From the NCBI GenBank assembly GCA_038087875.1, contig CM075989.1, positions 10,852,001 through 10,916,000 of the forward strand: 64,000 nucleotides of DNA, given 5' to 3'. Both the position numbers and the translations under genes were made by a program. Within the stretch, counting starts at the first letter, position 1; each line of letters starts with the position of its first letter. The stretch is from Malacoraja senta. Its lineage: Eukaryota. The notes beneath the pieces are model-generated. The model was not told the origin of the DNA and did not search any database. It saw nothing but the letters and a program-made list of their open reading frames with translations. Shown here piece by piece: positions 37,268 to 49,892 of the stretch.

Positions 37268-37593
37268 TACATAGATACATAGAAAATAGGTGCAGGAGTA
37301 GGCCATTCGGCCCTTTGAGCCTGCACCGCCATTCAATATGATCATGGCTGATCATCCAACTCAGTATCCCGTACCTGCCTTCTCTCCATACCCCCTGATC
37401 CCCTTAGCCACAAGGGCCACATCTAACTCCCTCTTAAATATAGCCAATGAACTGGCCTCAACTACCCTCTGTGGCAGAGAGTTCCAGAGATTCACCACTC
37501 TCTGTGTGAAAACGTTTTTCCTCATCTCGGTCTTAAAGGATTTCCCCCTTATCCTTAAGCTGTGACCCCTTGTCCTGGACTTCCCCAACACCG
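37268..37593 (-). mobile_element. CR1-type LINE 3' end
   Basis: ORF SRTRGHSLRIRGKSFKTEMRKNVFTQRVVNLWNSLPQRVVEA, followed by the 3' UTR and a short-repeat tail. Confidence 0.85.
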
Positions 37594-38344
37594 GTAATGT
37601 TAAATGCCCACTAAACTTTATTAAACGTTTGGCTTCTTAAAAGTGTCTCCACTCCTTCTCTCACCCTTCTCCCCCCCCTCTCCGTGCTCTCTAAAGGACT
37701 TGTCGTTACTGTGCCAGCCGTCATTTACCTTCCTGTTCATCGCGAGTGTGAATTTCAGACAGCGCTCCCCCGCTTTCCCTGGCCCCCACCTTTGCGGTGT
37801 GTGTGTGCGTGTGGTGTGGTGTGTGGGGCGTGTGTGTGTGGGGCGTGTGTGTGCGTGGGGCGTGTGTGTGCGTGGGGCGTGTGTGTGCGTGGGGCGTGTG
37901 TGTGCGTGGGGCGTGGGCGTGTGTGTGTGGGGCGTGGGCGTGTGTGCGTGGGGCGTGTGTGTGTGTGTGTGCGTGTGGCGTGTGCGTGTGTGTGCGTGGG
38001 GCGTGTGTGCGTGGGGCGTGTGTGTGCGTGGGGCGTGTGTGTGCGTGGGGCGTGTGTGTGTGTGCGTGGGGCGTGTGTGTGTGTGTGTGTGCGTGGGGCG
38101 TGTGTGTGTGTGCGTGGGGTGTGTGCGCGTGGGGTGTGTGTGCGTGGGGCGTGTGTGTGTGTGTGTGTGTGCGTGGGGTGTGTGTGCGTGGGGTGTGTGC
38201 GCGTGGGGTGTGTGTGTGGACGGTCGATCCGGCTGGCGGTTTCATCGCTGACGGTCGATCCAGCTCGAGGTTCTTCAGGCGAGTGCCCTCGAGCTTGAAG
38301 GTTGAAGACAGTCGCTGAAAAGTCGCGTTAGTGGGACAGGCCCT
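37594..38344. mobile_element. Truncated Harbinger-like MITE carrying an internal GT/GC-rich tandem array
   Basis: The right end AGTGGGACAGGCCCT|TAA matches the TIR type at 21746-22050. The left TIR is absent at the CR1 junction. Confidence 0.6.
37797..38219. repeat. Compound (GT)n/GCGTGGGGC tandem repeat
   Basis: Repeated GCGTGGGGCGTGTGTGT-like units with variable GT length, read directly. Confidence 0.95.
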
Positions 38345-38689
38345 TAAGGGTCACACACCTTGCTCTGGATTTATGATCGCCTATATTACAGGTAAGCCAA
38401 AGAAGTTTACAGATGAGCTTTTAATGGAATTCCATTTGAAAGTTATCGTTCCTGATATTAACTATTTTTCTCAGACAATTTATTGAGATCATAACAGAAT
38501 TGAAATTGCCCTGGTGGGATTTCAATCACATTAGAATAAGAGTATAATTTTGTTCTCTGCTACCACTCCACTGACGTAACCCAAGAGCTTTGTACTTCAA
38601 ATTTTGTTTGAATATGCACTCATTAAAGTGGGGTGGTCTAAATTAAAGGCCTATTCATAAAATAGGTTGTGTAGGTCACAGATAGTTAA

Positions 38690-39955
38690 GAGCACAGAAG
38701 GATGTAACATGTGGAGATGATAGAAGAAAACCTACTGATCATTTGAAAATGTGAGTAAGGGCAGGTTGTGGTCAGGAAACTGAGATTCTGCAATGGGATG
38801 TACATGGATTAAGTGTCTGGGTAAAATACAGGCAAAAGGAGATTAATCTGTGGAAGTGCGAGGTCATGATCTTTGGAAGAGAAATCAAAAGGCAGATTGT
38901 AATCTAAATGGAGAGCGCAAATTGAATTGAATACATTTTATTAGCCAAATATGTATACATACAAGGAATTTGCCTTGGTGCTTTGCTCGCATGTAACAAC
39001 ACGATATACAGTAGACAATTAAAAATAAAATATTATAATTTAAACGTGAAGAATGAAATAAAATACCAGAGCAAAAGGAGGCTACAGACTTTTGGCTGTT
39101 GAGTAGAGCTACTGCTCGTGGAAAAAAAGCTGTTTGTATGTCTGGCTGTGGTGGCTTTGACAGTCCGGAGTCGCCTTCCAGAGGGAAGTGCTTCAAAGAG
39201 TTTGTGGCCAGGGTGAGAGGGGGTCAGAGATGATCTTACCCACTCTCTTCCTGGCCCTTGCAGTGTACAGTTTGTCGTGGTATGGAGGGATCTAGGCATT
39301 CTAGTGCATGAATCACAAATACAATAAGTAGTTAGGACAGCAAATGGCAATTTTACTTCCATTGCACAGGGGGTGGTGTTTAAAAAGAGGGTTTGTTGTA
39401 ATTGTACAGGATTGGTGAGACCTGACCGAGAACACTGTGCATAGTTTTGATCCTCTTACCAAAAAAAAAAGACATGGCAGTGCAAAGGAGCTTCACCAGG
39501 ACAATCTTTGGGATGAGAAGCTTGTCCCAACCAGATAAACTAAATAGTTGGTTACGTATTACTTGCAGTCTCGAAGAATGAGGGATGGCCTTATTCAAAG
39601 ACCCATGACCTTAAAGGTGCTTCTCAGGTTAGATGCTGGGATGTTTATACTAGTGGAGAGACTCAAACAAGGGGACACAACTGCAAGATAAGGGGCAGGA
39701 CATTTAAAACTGAGACATATGGACATTTCTTCTCTCAGATGGTGGTGAACCTCTGGAGTTCTCTGTCCCACCGAGTGGCAGAAGCTGGATCATTAGAAGT
39801 GTTTAAAGAGGAGGTGGATTAATATTTGAAAGAGCAAGGAATGGACGAAAGGGAAATAGCACAGATGAATTGAGGCTAGCATAGATCAGCTATGATATTA
39901 AACAATGGGGCAGGCTTGATGGCCTACTCCTGCCTCTATTTCTCTGTTTTCTAGT
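38690..39955 (+). mobile_element. Degenerate CR1-type LINE segment with a nested Rex1/Babar fragment (minus strand, ~38920-39272)
   Basis: CR1-like sequence flanks an insert reading LTPSHPGHKLFEALPSGRRLRTVKATTARHTNSFF on the minus strand, with a (CAATT)n tail. Confidence 0.7.
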
Positions 39956-40039
39956 GCAATGGGTATCTCAAAAGGAATTTCACAAGATACCACATCAAAG
40001 CTCCTATCACCAGATAGGGTTATCACATACGAGCATCAG

Positions 40040-40870
40040 AATAAATACACCATTTTCAGTCGAAGGCTGCAACTAGTGGAGTGTTCCTGAGATCAGATCT
40101 TGGCCCTCAATTCTTTGAAATTGTCATTACTGGCCTGCAAGTAGGACAGAGTGCAAGATATTCAAAGTATGTGGGAGGGCATGTTGCAATGAGAATATTA
40201 CAATTCTGCAACAGTACTTGGATAAGTGGAGCTGTCAGTGAATTATTGGCAAATGGAATTCAGTTTGGGAAAATGAGGTTATGCACTTTGAGATTCGAGA
40301 TAATAGTCTGTCTTTAGATTCCTCTTAAGAGCAAACTGTCTCAATTAGAATGACTGCAGGGAGCAGAGGGATCCAGGCATTCTTGTGCATGAATCGCTAA
40401 TCTTGTGCAGACAGATACAGCAAGTGGTTAAGGCGGCAAATTACCTGCTGCCTTTTTTTGCAAGATGTTTAAAAAAGGAATATTGTTGTAATTGTACAGG
40501 GTACTGATCAGGCCACAACTGGCAAACAGTGCAGTTTAGTCCCCTTATTTATGGAAGGGAGAAAATTTCAAATGAGGGGACATAGTTACTGGGTGAGGGA
40601 GCAGTCATTTAAACCCAAGGTGCACAGGAACCTCTTGCAGAGGATGACGAATCTCTGGAATTCTCTTCCTTGCAGGGTTGTGGAGGTGAAATCATTAGGT
40701 GTGTTTGAAAACAAAGTTGTAGATATTTTTTTTAAAGATCAGGTCTTGAGGGCAAGGAATAAGCGCAGCAGAAAAAACGAGGCCTGGAACTGACCAGCCT
40801 TGATGTTGAATGACAGGGCAGGCTTGAGGGGCCAAGTGGCCTATGCCCGCTCTTATATTCTTCTGTTCCA
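40040..40870 (+). mobile_element. Degenerate CR1-type LINE 3' portion
   Basis: Remnant of the TSGVPQGS-type motif (ACTAGTGGAGTGTTCCTG), RGHSYWVR...NLWNSLP, and a GGGCCAAGTGGCCTA tail. Confidence 0.6.
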
Positions 40871-41418
40871 AGACCATACCAACTCCATGCGAGGGAAATC
40901 CAGCAGGTCCCAATCCCTTAGCATCAAAGATTATTTCGTTTCAGACACCTATCTAACTCCATTTTGAACTATACAGTTGAATCGGCTTCCACAAACAGCA
41001 CCAGTACTTGTATTTCAGCTACTCAATGCATTCTTTCTCATCACTTTTTGAATGACAAAAGGCATGAATGTGTGTTAAAGATTAAACACAAAGGATCAAT
41101 TCTCATCAGGAGGAGTGGCCTAACAGAGGGCTTCAAGGATAGGAAAGAATCCAATCAAGTAGATGTGAAGATGTTTCCACTTACAGAGGGGACCAGAACA
41201 AAAGGCACGAATAATAAAAAATCGCTATTAAACCATTCAGGATTCTTTTACAGAGGAGAAGGTGGAATTTGCTGAACAGGACACAGCTTAACAGAATTAG
41301 GGGGAAATCGGATAAATACCCAAGAAAAAAAAGTATACATTGATGTGAATACGACAAGGAGCACGGAGAGGTTTGTGTGGAGTGTCAATATTAGCACAAT
41401 CCCATTTTGTTAAATGAA

Positions 41419-41652
41419 TGGTACACAAAAATGCTGGAGAAACTCAGCGGGTGCAGCAGCATCTATGGAGCGAAGGAAAATACAATGTTTCGGGCCGAAA
41501 CCCTTCTTCAGATTGATGGGGGGTGGGGAGAAGAAAGGAAAAGGGCGGAGGAGGAGCCCGAGGGCTGAGGGATGGGAGGAGACAGCCCGAGGGCTGAGGA
41601 AGGGGAGGAGACAGCAAGGGCTAGCAAAATTGGGAGAATTCAATGTTCATGC
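41419..41652 (-). mobile_element. Penelope-like 3' end with hammerhead-like core
   Basis: Minus strand: GGCATGAACATTGAATTCTCCCAATTT (GMNIEFSQF), pyrimidine tract, then CTGAAGAAGGGTTTCGGCCCGAAAC. Confidence 0.75.
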
Positions 41653-41831
41653 CCCCAGACAGGCCATTCATTGTTAAATGAATGGCCTGTCTGTGCTCTA
41701 AATACTGACCAAAAGTGGCTGGTGGCTGGATTGAATGGGATACAGAATATATTAGCAATGATGGACGAAGCAGTCTGTTTGAATCACAGTATTAGTGATT
41801 TATTCTTTGCCCTGAAATGTCATCCACGCAC

Positions 41832-41930
41832 CTCGTAAGTTTTAAGTTTTGCTTTCAGGCTCTCCAGCATCTTCGAATTGTCTTGTTGCTCTCGTTCTCT
41901 TGCCATCAACAGATTTTTCAGTTGCTGTTT
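41832..41930 (-). CDS. UACA: UACA exon (99 nt), KQQLKNLLMAREREQQDNSKMLESLKAKLKTYE
   Basis: ctaacag acceptor and GAG|GTGCGT donor, phase 0/0. Resembles recalled UACA REKLKSLLAAKEKQHEESLRTIEALKNRFKYFE. Confidence 0.9.
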
Positions 41931-43316
41931 CTGTTAGATTGGACAGAGCATAATACTTTAAATTAAACAATTCCACAGGCACTCCGATTCAGTGCCCGAT
42001 TTTACTAGCGGCATTGGTGCATAACGTTCTTGCGTAAAAACAAAAATGTTGAGGGGATCAACTGATGACCCACTCAAAGCTGCGACTTGTAAACATCGAA
42101 AACAGGAGCAGGAGGCCATTCAGCCCTTGAATCTGCGCGCTATTTCATGGGACCAAGCCTGTCGTCCACCTCTATATCATACCCACTCCTTCTTCCTGAT
42201 ACCTTTACTGAGCAGAACCAGTTAGGGATTTGGGAGCAGAAGACTGGAGGTTCCTCACCTAACATTAAGCTCATATCCATCTTGATATAGCAGTCCTGGC
42301 AAGGGAGGCAGCAGGGGACAGATCAGGGGAGATAGAGTTCAGGATGTTGTGTATGACAAAATGTTAACACACCACGCTGATGTTACAAACGTTCAGTTGC
42401 AGCATTGGGGGCAATCTAATATTTCAGCGAAGATTATCCAAATGGGTTTAAGGCTTTTTTAAATTTGTAATCTCAATTTAAAACACAATCTTGTGACTAA
42501 CACAATAGATTGTGTCGATTAACCCCCCTTCAAGAAAGGAGCTAAATAAATGCTGTGATAGAACAGGATTCCTCATTTCAGAAAGCGCTTTGCACTGTAT
42601 AAAGTGTCCAGTCAATATATTGATCAATTTAAATTGCTGCATTGCTGGACTGAACCACAAAACTGCACTGATTGATGAATATTCTATATAACTTGGAGAA
42701 TCAGGCAGCATAAAGGATGGGCAATTCAGCCTGAAAATTAGAAATCCAGGAAGAAATATTAGGAAACAAATCCAGGGCACAACATTAAATTACATGAGAT
42801 GAGAAGGGGGCAACAGTTTAAACTACAGGACGGTTAATTTAATTTAATGTTGCCAGGAACGTTTAAGTCACATGCTAGAATAGAGACTTCAGTAGAGCAG
42901 TGGAGGTAAGTGCCAGAGTGATTCAAGAATTAGTAATTATAAATATAGAAAAAATTGCAGACCACGCTAAATTGGCACAATAAGGAGAATGGATTAAGTT
43001 CAAAGGAGGAATACATAATCCTGCAGAATGGCTGTTTAATTGGCAAATAATATCAGTTGGTAGGAACATTTCGGTGCAAAGAGTAAAAGGCCACCAGCTG
43101 AAGAAAACAACCTCTAATAAGGTTTTTAAAAGCAGACGAAGCTCTGAGGATTAATCGTACGGAGCACAAATTGGAACACACATATACGCTATTTTGAAAT
43201 TGGACAAATTCAGGATAAACCCTCAGTGCATGCCATGTATAATTCGATATTACAAATTATAAAAATAGTGTAATGAGGCATTAAATTAAAAAGGTATTGA
43301 AATGAACTAGGAACCA

Positions 43317-44057
43317 CCGGGTGGCGCCAGCAATGGCGGCCTCGCCAACAGTCTGTCTGTCCCTTCATTGTTTTTTTAGTTTGTGTTAAATGTATGTTTT
43401 TAGTGTTCTTTAGCTTATTTTATGTGGGGGGTGGGGGAGGGGGTCAGGGGAAACTTTTTCTAATCTCTTACCTGAACGGGGATGCGATTTTATTTCCGTA
43501 TCGTATCTCCGTCCATACTACGGCCTAACATCGAGGAGTTGGCGGCCTTTGCTGGAAACTGACTTCGAGAGCTCCTCCGTGGGAGCCTGCAGACTTTAAC
43601 ATCATGGAGCTTGCGATTCCTTTGCCAGGGATCGACCTCTGAGCTCCAACCACGGGTGCCTGCAGACTTTAACATCGCGGAGCTCGCAGTCTCTGGTCAG
43701 AGACCGACTTCGGGAACTCCAAGCCGCGGGAACTTCGACCGCCTCGACGAGGGGGCATTGACTGCCCCGACGCAGGGGTTTCGACTGCCCCGACGCGGGG
43801 GCTTCGACCGCCAGTTGTGGGAGCATCGATCTCCCCGACGGATGGTTCGACTGCCCCAACCGCGGGAGAAAAATTAGGGAAGATTAGACTTTATTGCCTT
43901 CCATCACAGTGAGGAATGTGGGGAATCCGCTGTCTGGATGTTTATGTTATCTTTTATGTCGTTGTGTCTTGTTGCTTTTTTAGTGTGGCTGTATGGTAAT
44001 TCATATATCACAGTACCTTATTTGGTACACGTGACAATAAAAGACCTTTGAAACCTT
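43317..44057 (+). mobile_element. Non-coding, probably non-autonomous non-LTR retroelement related to 1112-1902
   Basis: CCGGGTGGCGCC 5' end, internal ~22-bp GACTGCCCCGACGCGGGG repeats, CCATCACAGTGAGG block, and AATAAA (44036-44041) plus a short tail. Confidence 0.65.
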
Positions 44058-44199
44058 AGAAATACATTTATTAAACAGTCAAGAATGCCAGAAAAGATTG
44101 GATCTCCACTCCCTGAAAAAGAGGGGAAATTATCCGAATGGAGATTTTAAGGTTGAAAGAATTTGAAACACTGGACATTTCAGAGAGGAAGTTGAAACA

Positions 44200-44955
44200 A
44201 AGCAACATCTTTTGAGGAATATAAAGAAAGCAGGAAAGAACTCAAGTAGGGAATTAGGAACCCCTGAACACACCATGAAATGTCATTGGTCAATCAGATT
44301 AGAGACAATCCCAAGGTACTCTATACATTAAGCAAGAGGGGGCAACTAGGCAGAGGGTAGGAACCACTCAAGGATAAAGGAAGGAATTTAAGCCTTAAAT
44401 CAGAGGATGTAGGCAAGGTGTTAAATTAGTACTTTTGCATCAGTATTCACATAGGCAAAGGACATGGAGGATAGCAAGATTATTGTGGGGTGTACTAACA
44501 TGCTGGGGCATTTTGAGATCGAGGAGGTGGTGCTGGTTTTGAAGAGCTTTAAGATGGATAAGACCGCAGGGCTTGATGGAATCTATTCCAGGTTATTGAG
44601 AGGGGATTGCTGGGGCCTTGGAGATTTTTGTATCCTCTCTAGCCACAGTCGAGGTCTCAGAGGACTAGAGAGTAGCCAATATCATTCCTTTGTTGAAGGA
44701 AAATGGGAATAACCCAGGAAATTATAGACCTGGAATTATTGACATGAGACGTGAGCCTCATGTCAATGGCAGGGAACTGATGGATTGGATTCTTTTTAAT
44801 AGGATTTACTTGCATGAGGAATAGAATGGGCTAATTAGGGACAGTCAGCATGGCTTTGTCTGGGGCATGTCATGTTTTACAAACTTGATTGAGATTTTAT
44901 TTTTGAGGTGGTGATGAAGGTGATTGAAGAGTGTAGTAGGGCAGTGCTTGTCAAA
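44200..44955 (+). mobile_element. Degenerate CR1-type ORF2 internal fragment
   Basis: Remnants DKTAGLDGIYSRLL, GNYRP, IRDSQHGFV and CFTNLIE. Confidence 0.75.
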
Positions 44956-45770
44956 TAGTTGCTTTAAACAGCCTCCTGGTTCCTTTACTGCAGTGACAAT
45001 TACACCACAATTGTACTTAATTTACATCAACCCTTTTGAAACATTGAGGGTTTGAAAGGAACAATAGAAATGTCAGTCTTGCTTCTTTACATCTAATGAT
45101 TGTAAAAGAATCTTGCACGAAAAAATAATCTTTAGCAATTTAAAGCAGCATGATGCTCAGCATAAAAATGACTGCCTCAGTTCCAGCGACCCAAGTTTAA
45201 TCCTGACCTTGGGTGATATCTGTGCAGTTTAACATTATTTCTGTGACTAGGTGAGTTTCTCCCTGCATCACTGGGACCGAGAAAGTTATTTGGCCCCTGT
45301 AAATTAACCCCATTATGTGGGTTAATGCCAAGAGGAGTGAAAATGGTGCTGATGGGCATGTGTGAAGAATAGTTGCAGGAATTCAGGGAAATTAGGACAA
45401 GAATGGGAGAAATAGATTACTCCTGCAGAAACCAGCATGGCTCCAATCTGTATCGTACTTGTCAGCAAAGTTGTCCACAATTTAACACCATGTGGCACCA
45501 TTTAATATATGATTGAGGGGGTTGACAGCAGTAAAACTGAGGAATTATAATTTGACAAGGCGAATTTTAAAAAGCTGTACAAGATTAGATATAGAGGAAA
45601 TCATAGGTTTCATCAGCCTTCAGTCCTGGGAAACATTGAATTGGAAGAAGAGGCAGTGGAGGCAGTGGGTATCGAGATTTCAAAAGAATGACAGTTGTGA
45701 GAAATAAATGCATCCTTCACCACGTACCAATGCAACCCTAAATTCACATGTTTAAATGTTAAAAACTCAC

Positions 45771-45803
45771 CTCATTTTGAAGCTCTCCCACTGACTTGCA
45801 CTC
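45771..45803 (-). CDS. UACA: UACA exon (33 nt), ECKSVGELQNE
   Basis: tacag acceptor and GAG|GTGAGT donor, phase 0/0. Its position corresponds to recalled EVMVADDLESE. Confidence 0.8.
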
Positions 45804-48152
45804 CTGTATAATGGGAACAACAACATTTACCAAAAGCCACAAAGCATTTCACGGAGACCACCCTATCTCAGTTATTTGATCACACGTGACATTTTTGGCT
45901 GCACTTACAGTAACTACAAAATTACCAAATAACTAAGTGTTCAATTCCTCACTAAGTCTCTGAAAATCCAACGACCATAATGTCCAAAGATGAAAAGTAT
46001 TAGAGGAACTTTAAAAGTAGCAGGTGGGCAATGTCAAGATTCTGAAAGCCCACAGATTCGAGAAAGGAGAGGGATCCACACTCTAGTCCGTGGAAAGTCA
46101 GAGGTTAACGTTGGAAAATAGCTCAGAGGTGAGAAGAGAAGGTCATGAAATGAATGAGCTGGTAAGCATGTTCTGTTTGAAGATAAGAGTATAAATGACC
46201 AGGGAAGGAAAGTAAAAGAAAGAAGAGCATGAATGCACAGCAAGAGACACAGCTAGATAGGAATGCACACAAATGTCATGCTGATAAAAACAATCTGCAT
46301 CATTGGATTGCAATGTAATCACTCTGCCATTCCAATATCAGTGGCTGAGTTATATTTTTACAAAAAAGCACTGCCTGATCGTAAAATTGGTAACCTTTGC
46401 TTGGTCATTTCAGTAAATTATAGTAAAACTCTTTACATATAATTACATACATTGCAAAATGTTCTGAAGATTACTCTCATTACTTTAATATTATTTTAAT
46501 GTATTGTACTTGCAAATGACATTTAGCTGATTGGATACAAGGCACTTTGCATGTGGGAGTGGATGAAGAAACGAGTTAATAGGAAATAATTACCATATTT
46601 GCATTAGAGAGCATCAATCGGTTTGGATAGAATTAAAATGCTTTTATTTTCAATGACCGCAAGTCAATGTGTTTGAAGTGGAAATTAGATTAATTACTTT
46701 AAATAGGGCACCCCAGAATTTATATAAATAAACATTCGTGGGGACGAACAATGAGTCAGTCATTTTATTTTCAATGATTCTGCTGCAGAAAAAAAAAAGA
46801 GGATTACATTTTTACACGGGTACCCAATTGTTATACCACTAACCTACAGCCCGAAACATGCACTCTCTTCAGCAGCAGTGTTTCACAATTGCAGTGTGGA
46901 CTATCTACAAAATACAGCATATTCATTTGCTTACCCTCCATCACAGTATTTGCCAAGCTTAGAACTCACACAACAGGTCAAGAACAGCAGGAGGACCGGA
47001 CTGACAACAGATGCAAGTTTCCATCCAGTTCACACACTGTTCTGAAATACATCAATATCCAGGAACTACCAGTACAACAGCAGTGAGAGCAATGGGCTAA
47101 GCTAAATACACACTCCCAAGGGATGGTTAGGGAGGGGCAATAAATAAATGGGACCTTGCCAGCCATAAATACATCTGAAATAAATCAAGAAAGAAGCAAG
47201 TGTAACGCCCAGTAATTAGTATTACATTCCATTTTCTGCATATCCAAACACCCTGAGGGACATATCACCTTTATCCAAACACAAAGTGCTGGCGGAACTC
47301 AACATGTCAGGCAGCATAGTCCCTTCTTCAGACTGGCATATGCTGCCTTAGCCATTGAGTTCCTCCAGCATCTTGTTTCATGCTCAAAATTCCAACATCT
47401 AGAGTTTCTTGCATCGATATATCAACTTTTATAGATATTCAAGAATTCTTTGGAGTTTGTCAGTTTTGAACACAGAGCCACAGACATAAGTGAAGTCATG
47501 GAGTCTGGACTCCAAAAAACAAGTAGCAGATATGTGAAATGGGCCTGTTATCTCCACCACAATTAAAACAGCTGTTTCTCCTCATCAATGACTCTGCCTT
47601 GCCTCTGCTCACCTATGGCTGAAAGCTGACTTTATCTCGAGGACATCTATCCCAAACCGCTATTCATTTTGCACTGGTTTTTACTTCCACGCTGCCATCC
47701 TAATACACCGCTCATCAACCTAAAATCAGCCAAAACTTTTGCCCACATCCTAATACACACCACCACACCATGCTCACTGATCCGCAGGCTCCCGAAAGAA
47801 CAAATCTCCAATTTTAAAATTTACATACGTTTCATCATCTCCCTAACTCGTAATTTCCTCACTACTCAAATCTCGATCCTATTAACCTGTTTGCTCCTCC
47901 TCGGGTGTCTGTGCCTTCAGCTGCCAATGCTCTTCATTCCAGAATTCCCTCTCCCAACTTCTTTGCCATTACCAATTCTTCTTCAAGATGCTCTTGAGAA
48001 ACTACCTCTTTGACCAAGCTTTTTAACAAATTGCCCTAATTTCTCCGTGATTCGATGTCAAACTTTGTTTAGCAATGCTCCTGTGAAACAGCCATGGATT
48101 TATTTTTTCCCTTGTTGAGGGTCCAGTTATATGCAGATTATTACTGACGTAC

Positions 48153-48260
48153 CTGGCTCAGTTGTTTTTGAAGTCCATTCACTCTCTCCAGGAAGGCCTT
48201 CTGTTCATGACTGAGCTTTTTCAACTTTCCTTTGAGATCCTCATTTTCAATCTGAAGTTC
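48153..48260 (-). CDS. UACA: UACA exon (108 nt), ELQIENEDLKGKLKKLSHEQKAFLERVNGLQKQLSQ
   Basis: ctttag acceptor and CAG|GTACGT donor. Contains the conserved LxIENEDLK...VNGLQ motif. Confidence 0.92.
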
Positions 48261-48404
48261 CTAAAGGCAAATAAATTAAATTTACCCAAACGGTGGAGTT
48301 GCAGGTGGGTGAGTGGGATTTGCAGAGAAAACAAACCTGGATGCTGGCTGCACTTGTTTTGAATTAGAAAATGGGTGCAGGGTGTTCAGATCTGGGACTC
48401 AATC

Positions 48405-49892
48405 AACTGTATGCGAGTATGAGAATAGCTCCTCTCCTTGCTATTTGTTTTACTGGCTTTATGATTCATGGCTTGTTACCAGACTCAATGTTGTCTGTTC
48501 TGTTAGTGCCGGTCACCAAGGACATAGCTCGTAAAGTAGGCAGCCTAATTAATTACAGGCCCATAGCTTCAGCCAGCAAATTGTCAAAAGTCTTAGAAAG
48601 AGTTCTGCTGGATAGAGTAAATGAGTTTGTTAACTCCACGGATAACCAGTTTGGTTTTAAAACTAAACATGGCACTGACTTGTGCATATATGCCCTAAAG
48701 GAGATTGTAAACAAATATAGAGGCAAAAACTCTTCAATTCTTATGATGCTTCCAAAGCCTTTGATCGTGTTAATCACAGAAAGCTGTTTGTTAAAATGAG
48801 TCAAAGAGGGGTGCCTAAATACATTGTGAGAATTCTGGCTTACTGGTATGCCCACCAGACTATGCAAATAAAATGGGGCAATAGGATCTCAGCCCCATTT
48901 GGGGTTAGCAATGGTGTAAGACAAGGGGGAATTTTGACCCCAGTCCTTTTTAATCTTTATATTGATGATCTGTCCAAACAATGGAAAGCCTGTAATACTG
49001 GGTGCATGATTGGTAATATTTTAATGAACTATATTATGTATGCAGATGATCTTGTGGTCTTTAGTCGATCTAGCGCTGGTCTACAGCAGCTCCTTAATAT
49101 ATGTTCTGTGCATGGTGTGGAACATGATATTAAATATAATGCTTGTAGGAGTGCTGTTATGATCTGTGGAACCAAAGAGGATAAATGTCTAACATTTCCT
49201 ATTTTTTAATTGTCTGACAATAATCTTAGTGTCTGTAATAAGGAAAACTATCTAGGGCATTTATTACAGAACGAATGACAGATGATGAGGATATTTATAG
49301 GCAACGACGTATGCTGTATGTACAGGCAAATATTCCCTTGCGTAAGTTTGGTGCATGTACAGATGTCGCTGTTTGGAGCATATTGCACACCACTCTACAC
49401 TGTGCACCCGTGGTCGAACTACTGAAAGACAAGTTTGCAGAGACTAAAGGTGGCCTATAATGATGCCATGAGAACACTGCTAAGGAAACCTAGATGGTGT
49501 AGTGCTAGTAACATGTTTGTGGCTGCAGGAGTCAATACTTTAGAAGCTATGCTAAGAAATCATATGTATAAATTCATTTGCAGGATGGATAAATGACTCT
49601 AAAAATGTAATTATCGTGTCGTTGTCAAACATAAGGTTTAGCACTACACGCTACGAATCCCAGTTGTGGAGACATTGGTATCGCTGTCTCGTTGTAGAAC
49701 ACTGATCTTTCTTTTTTTATTCTGGATTTTAAATCATGTATTGTTTTTTTTTTAATATATAATTTATGATGCTTTTATCAGTGATACTAAGATTTTATAT
49801 GTATTTTATGATGTTTTTATATGCAATGTATTTTTATGTAATGTTGTCCCTTGTCTGGACCTTGAGTCCAAAATAAAGTTTATTATTATTAT
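48405..49892 (+). mobile_element. 5'-truncated non-LTR retrotransposon RT (RTE-X-like; clade tentative), pseudogenised
   Basis: NYRPIA, DNQFGFK, KAFDRVNH, GVRQGGILTPVLFNLYIDDL and YADD across frameshifts, ending in AATAAA plus a (TTA)n tail. Confidence 0.8.

Noticed and set aside
37643..38318. Long Cys/Val/Gly- and His/Thr-rich ORFs
   Set aside because: Translations of the GT/GGGGC tandem array, which lacks stop codons.
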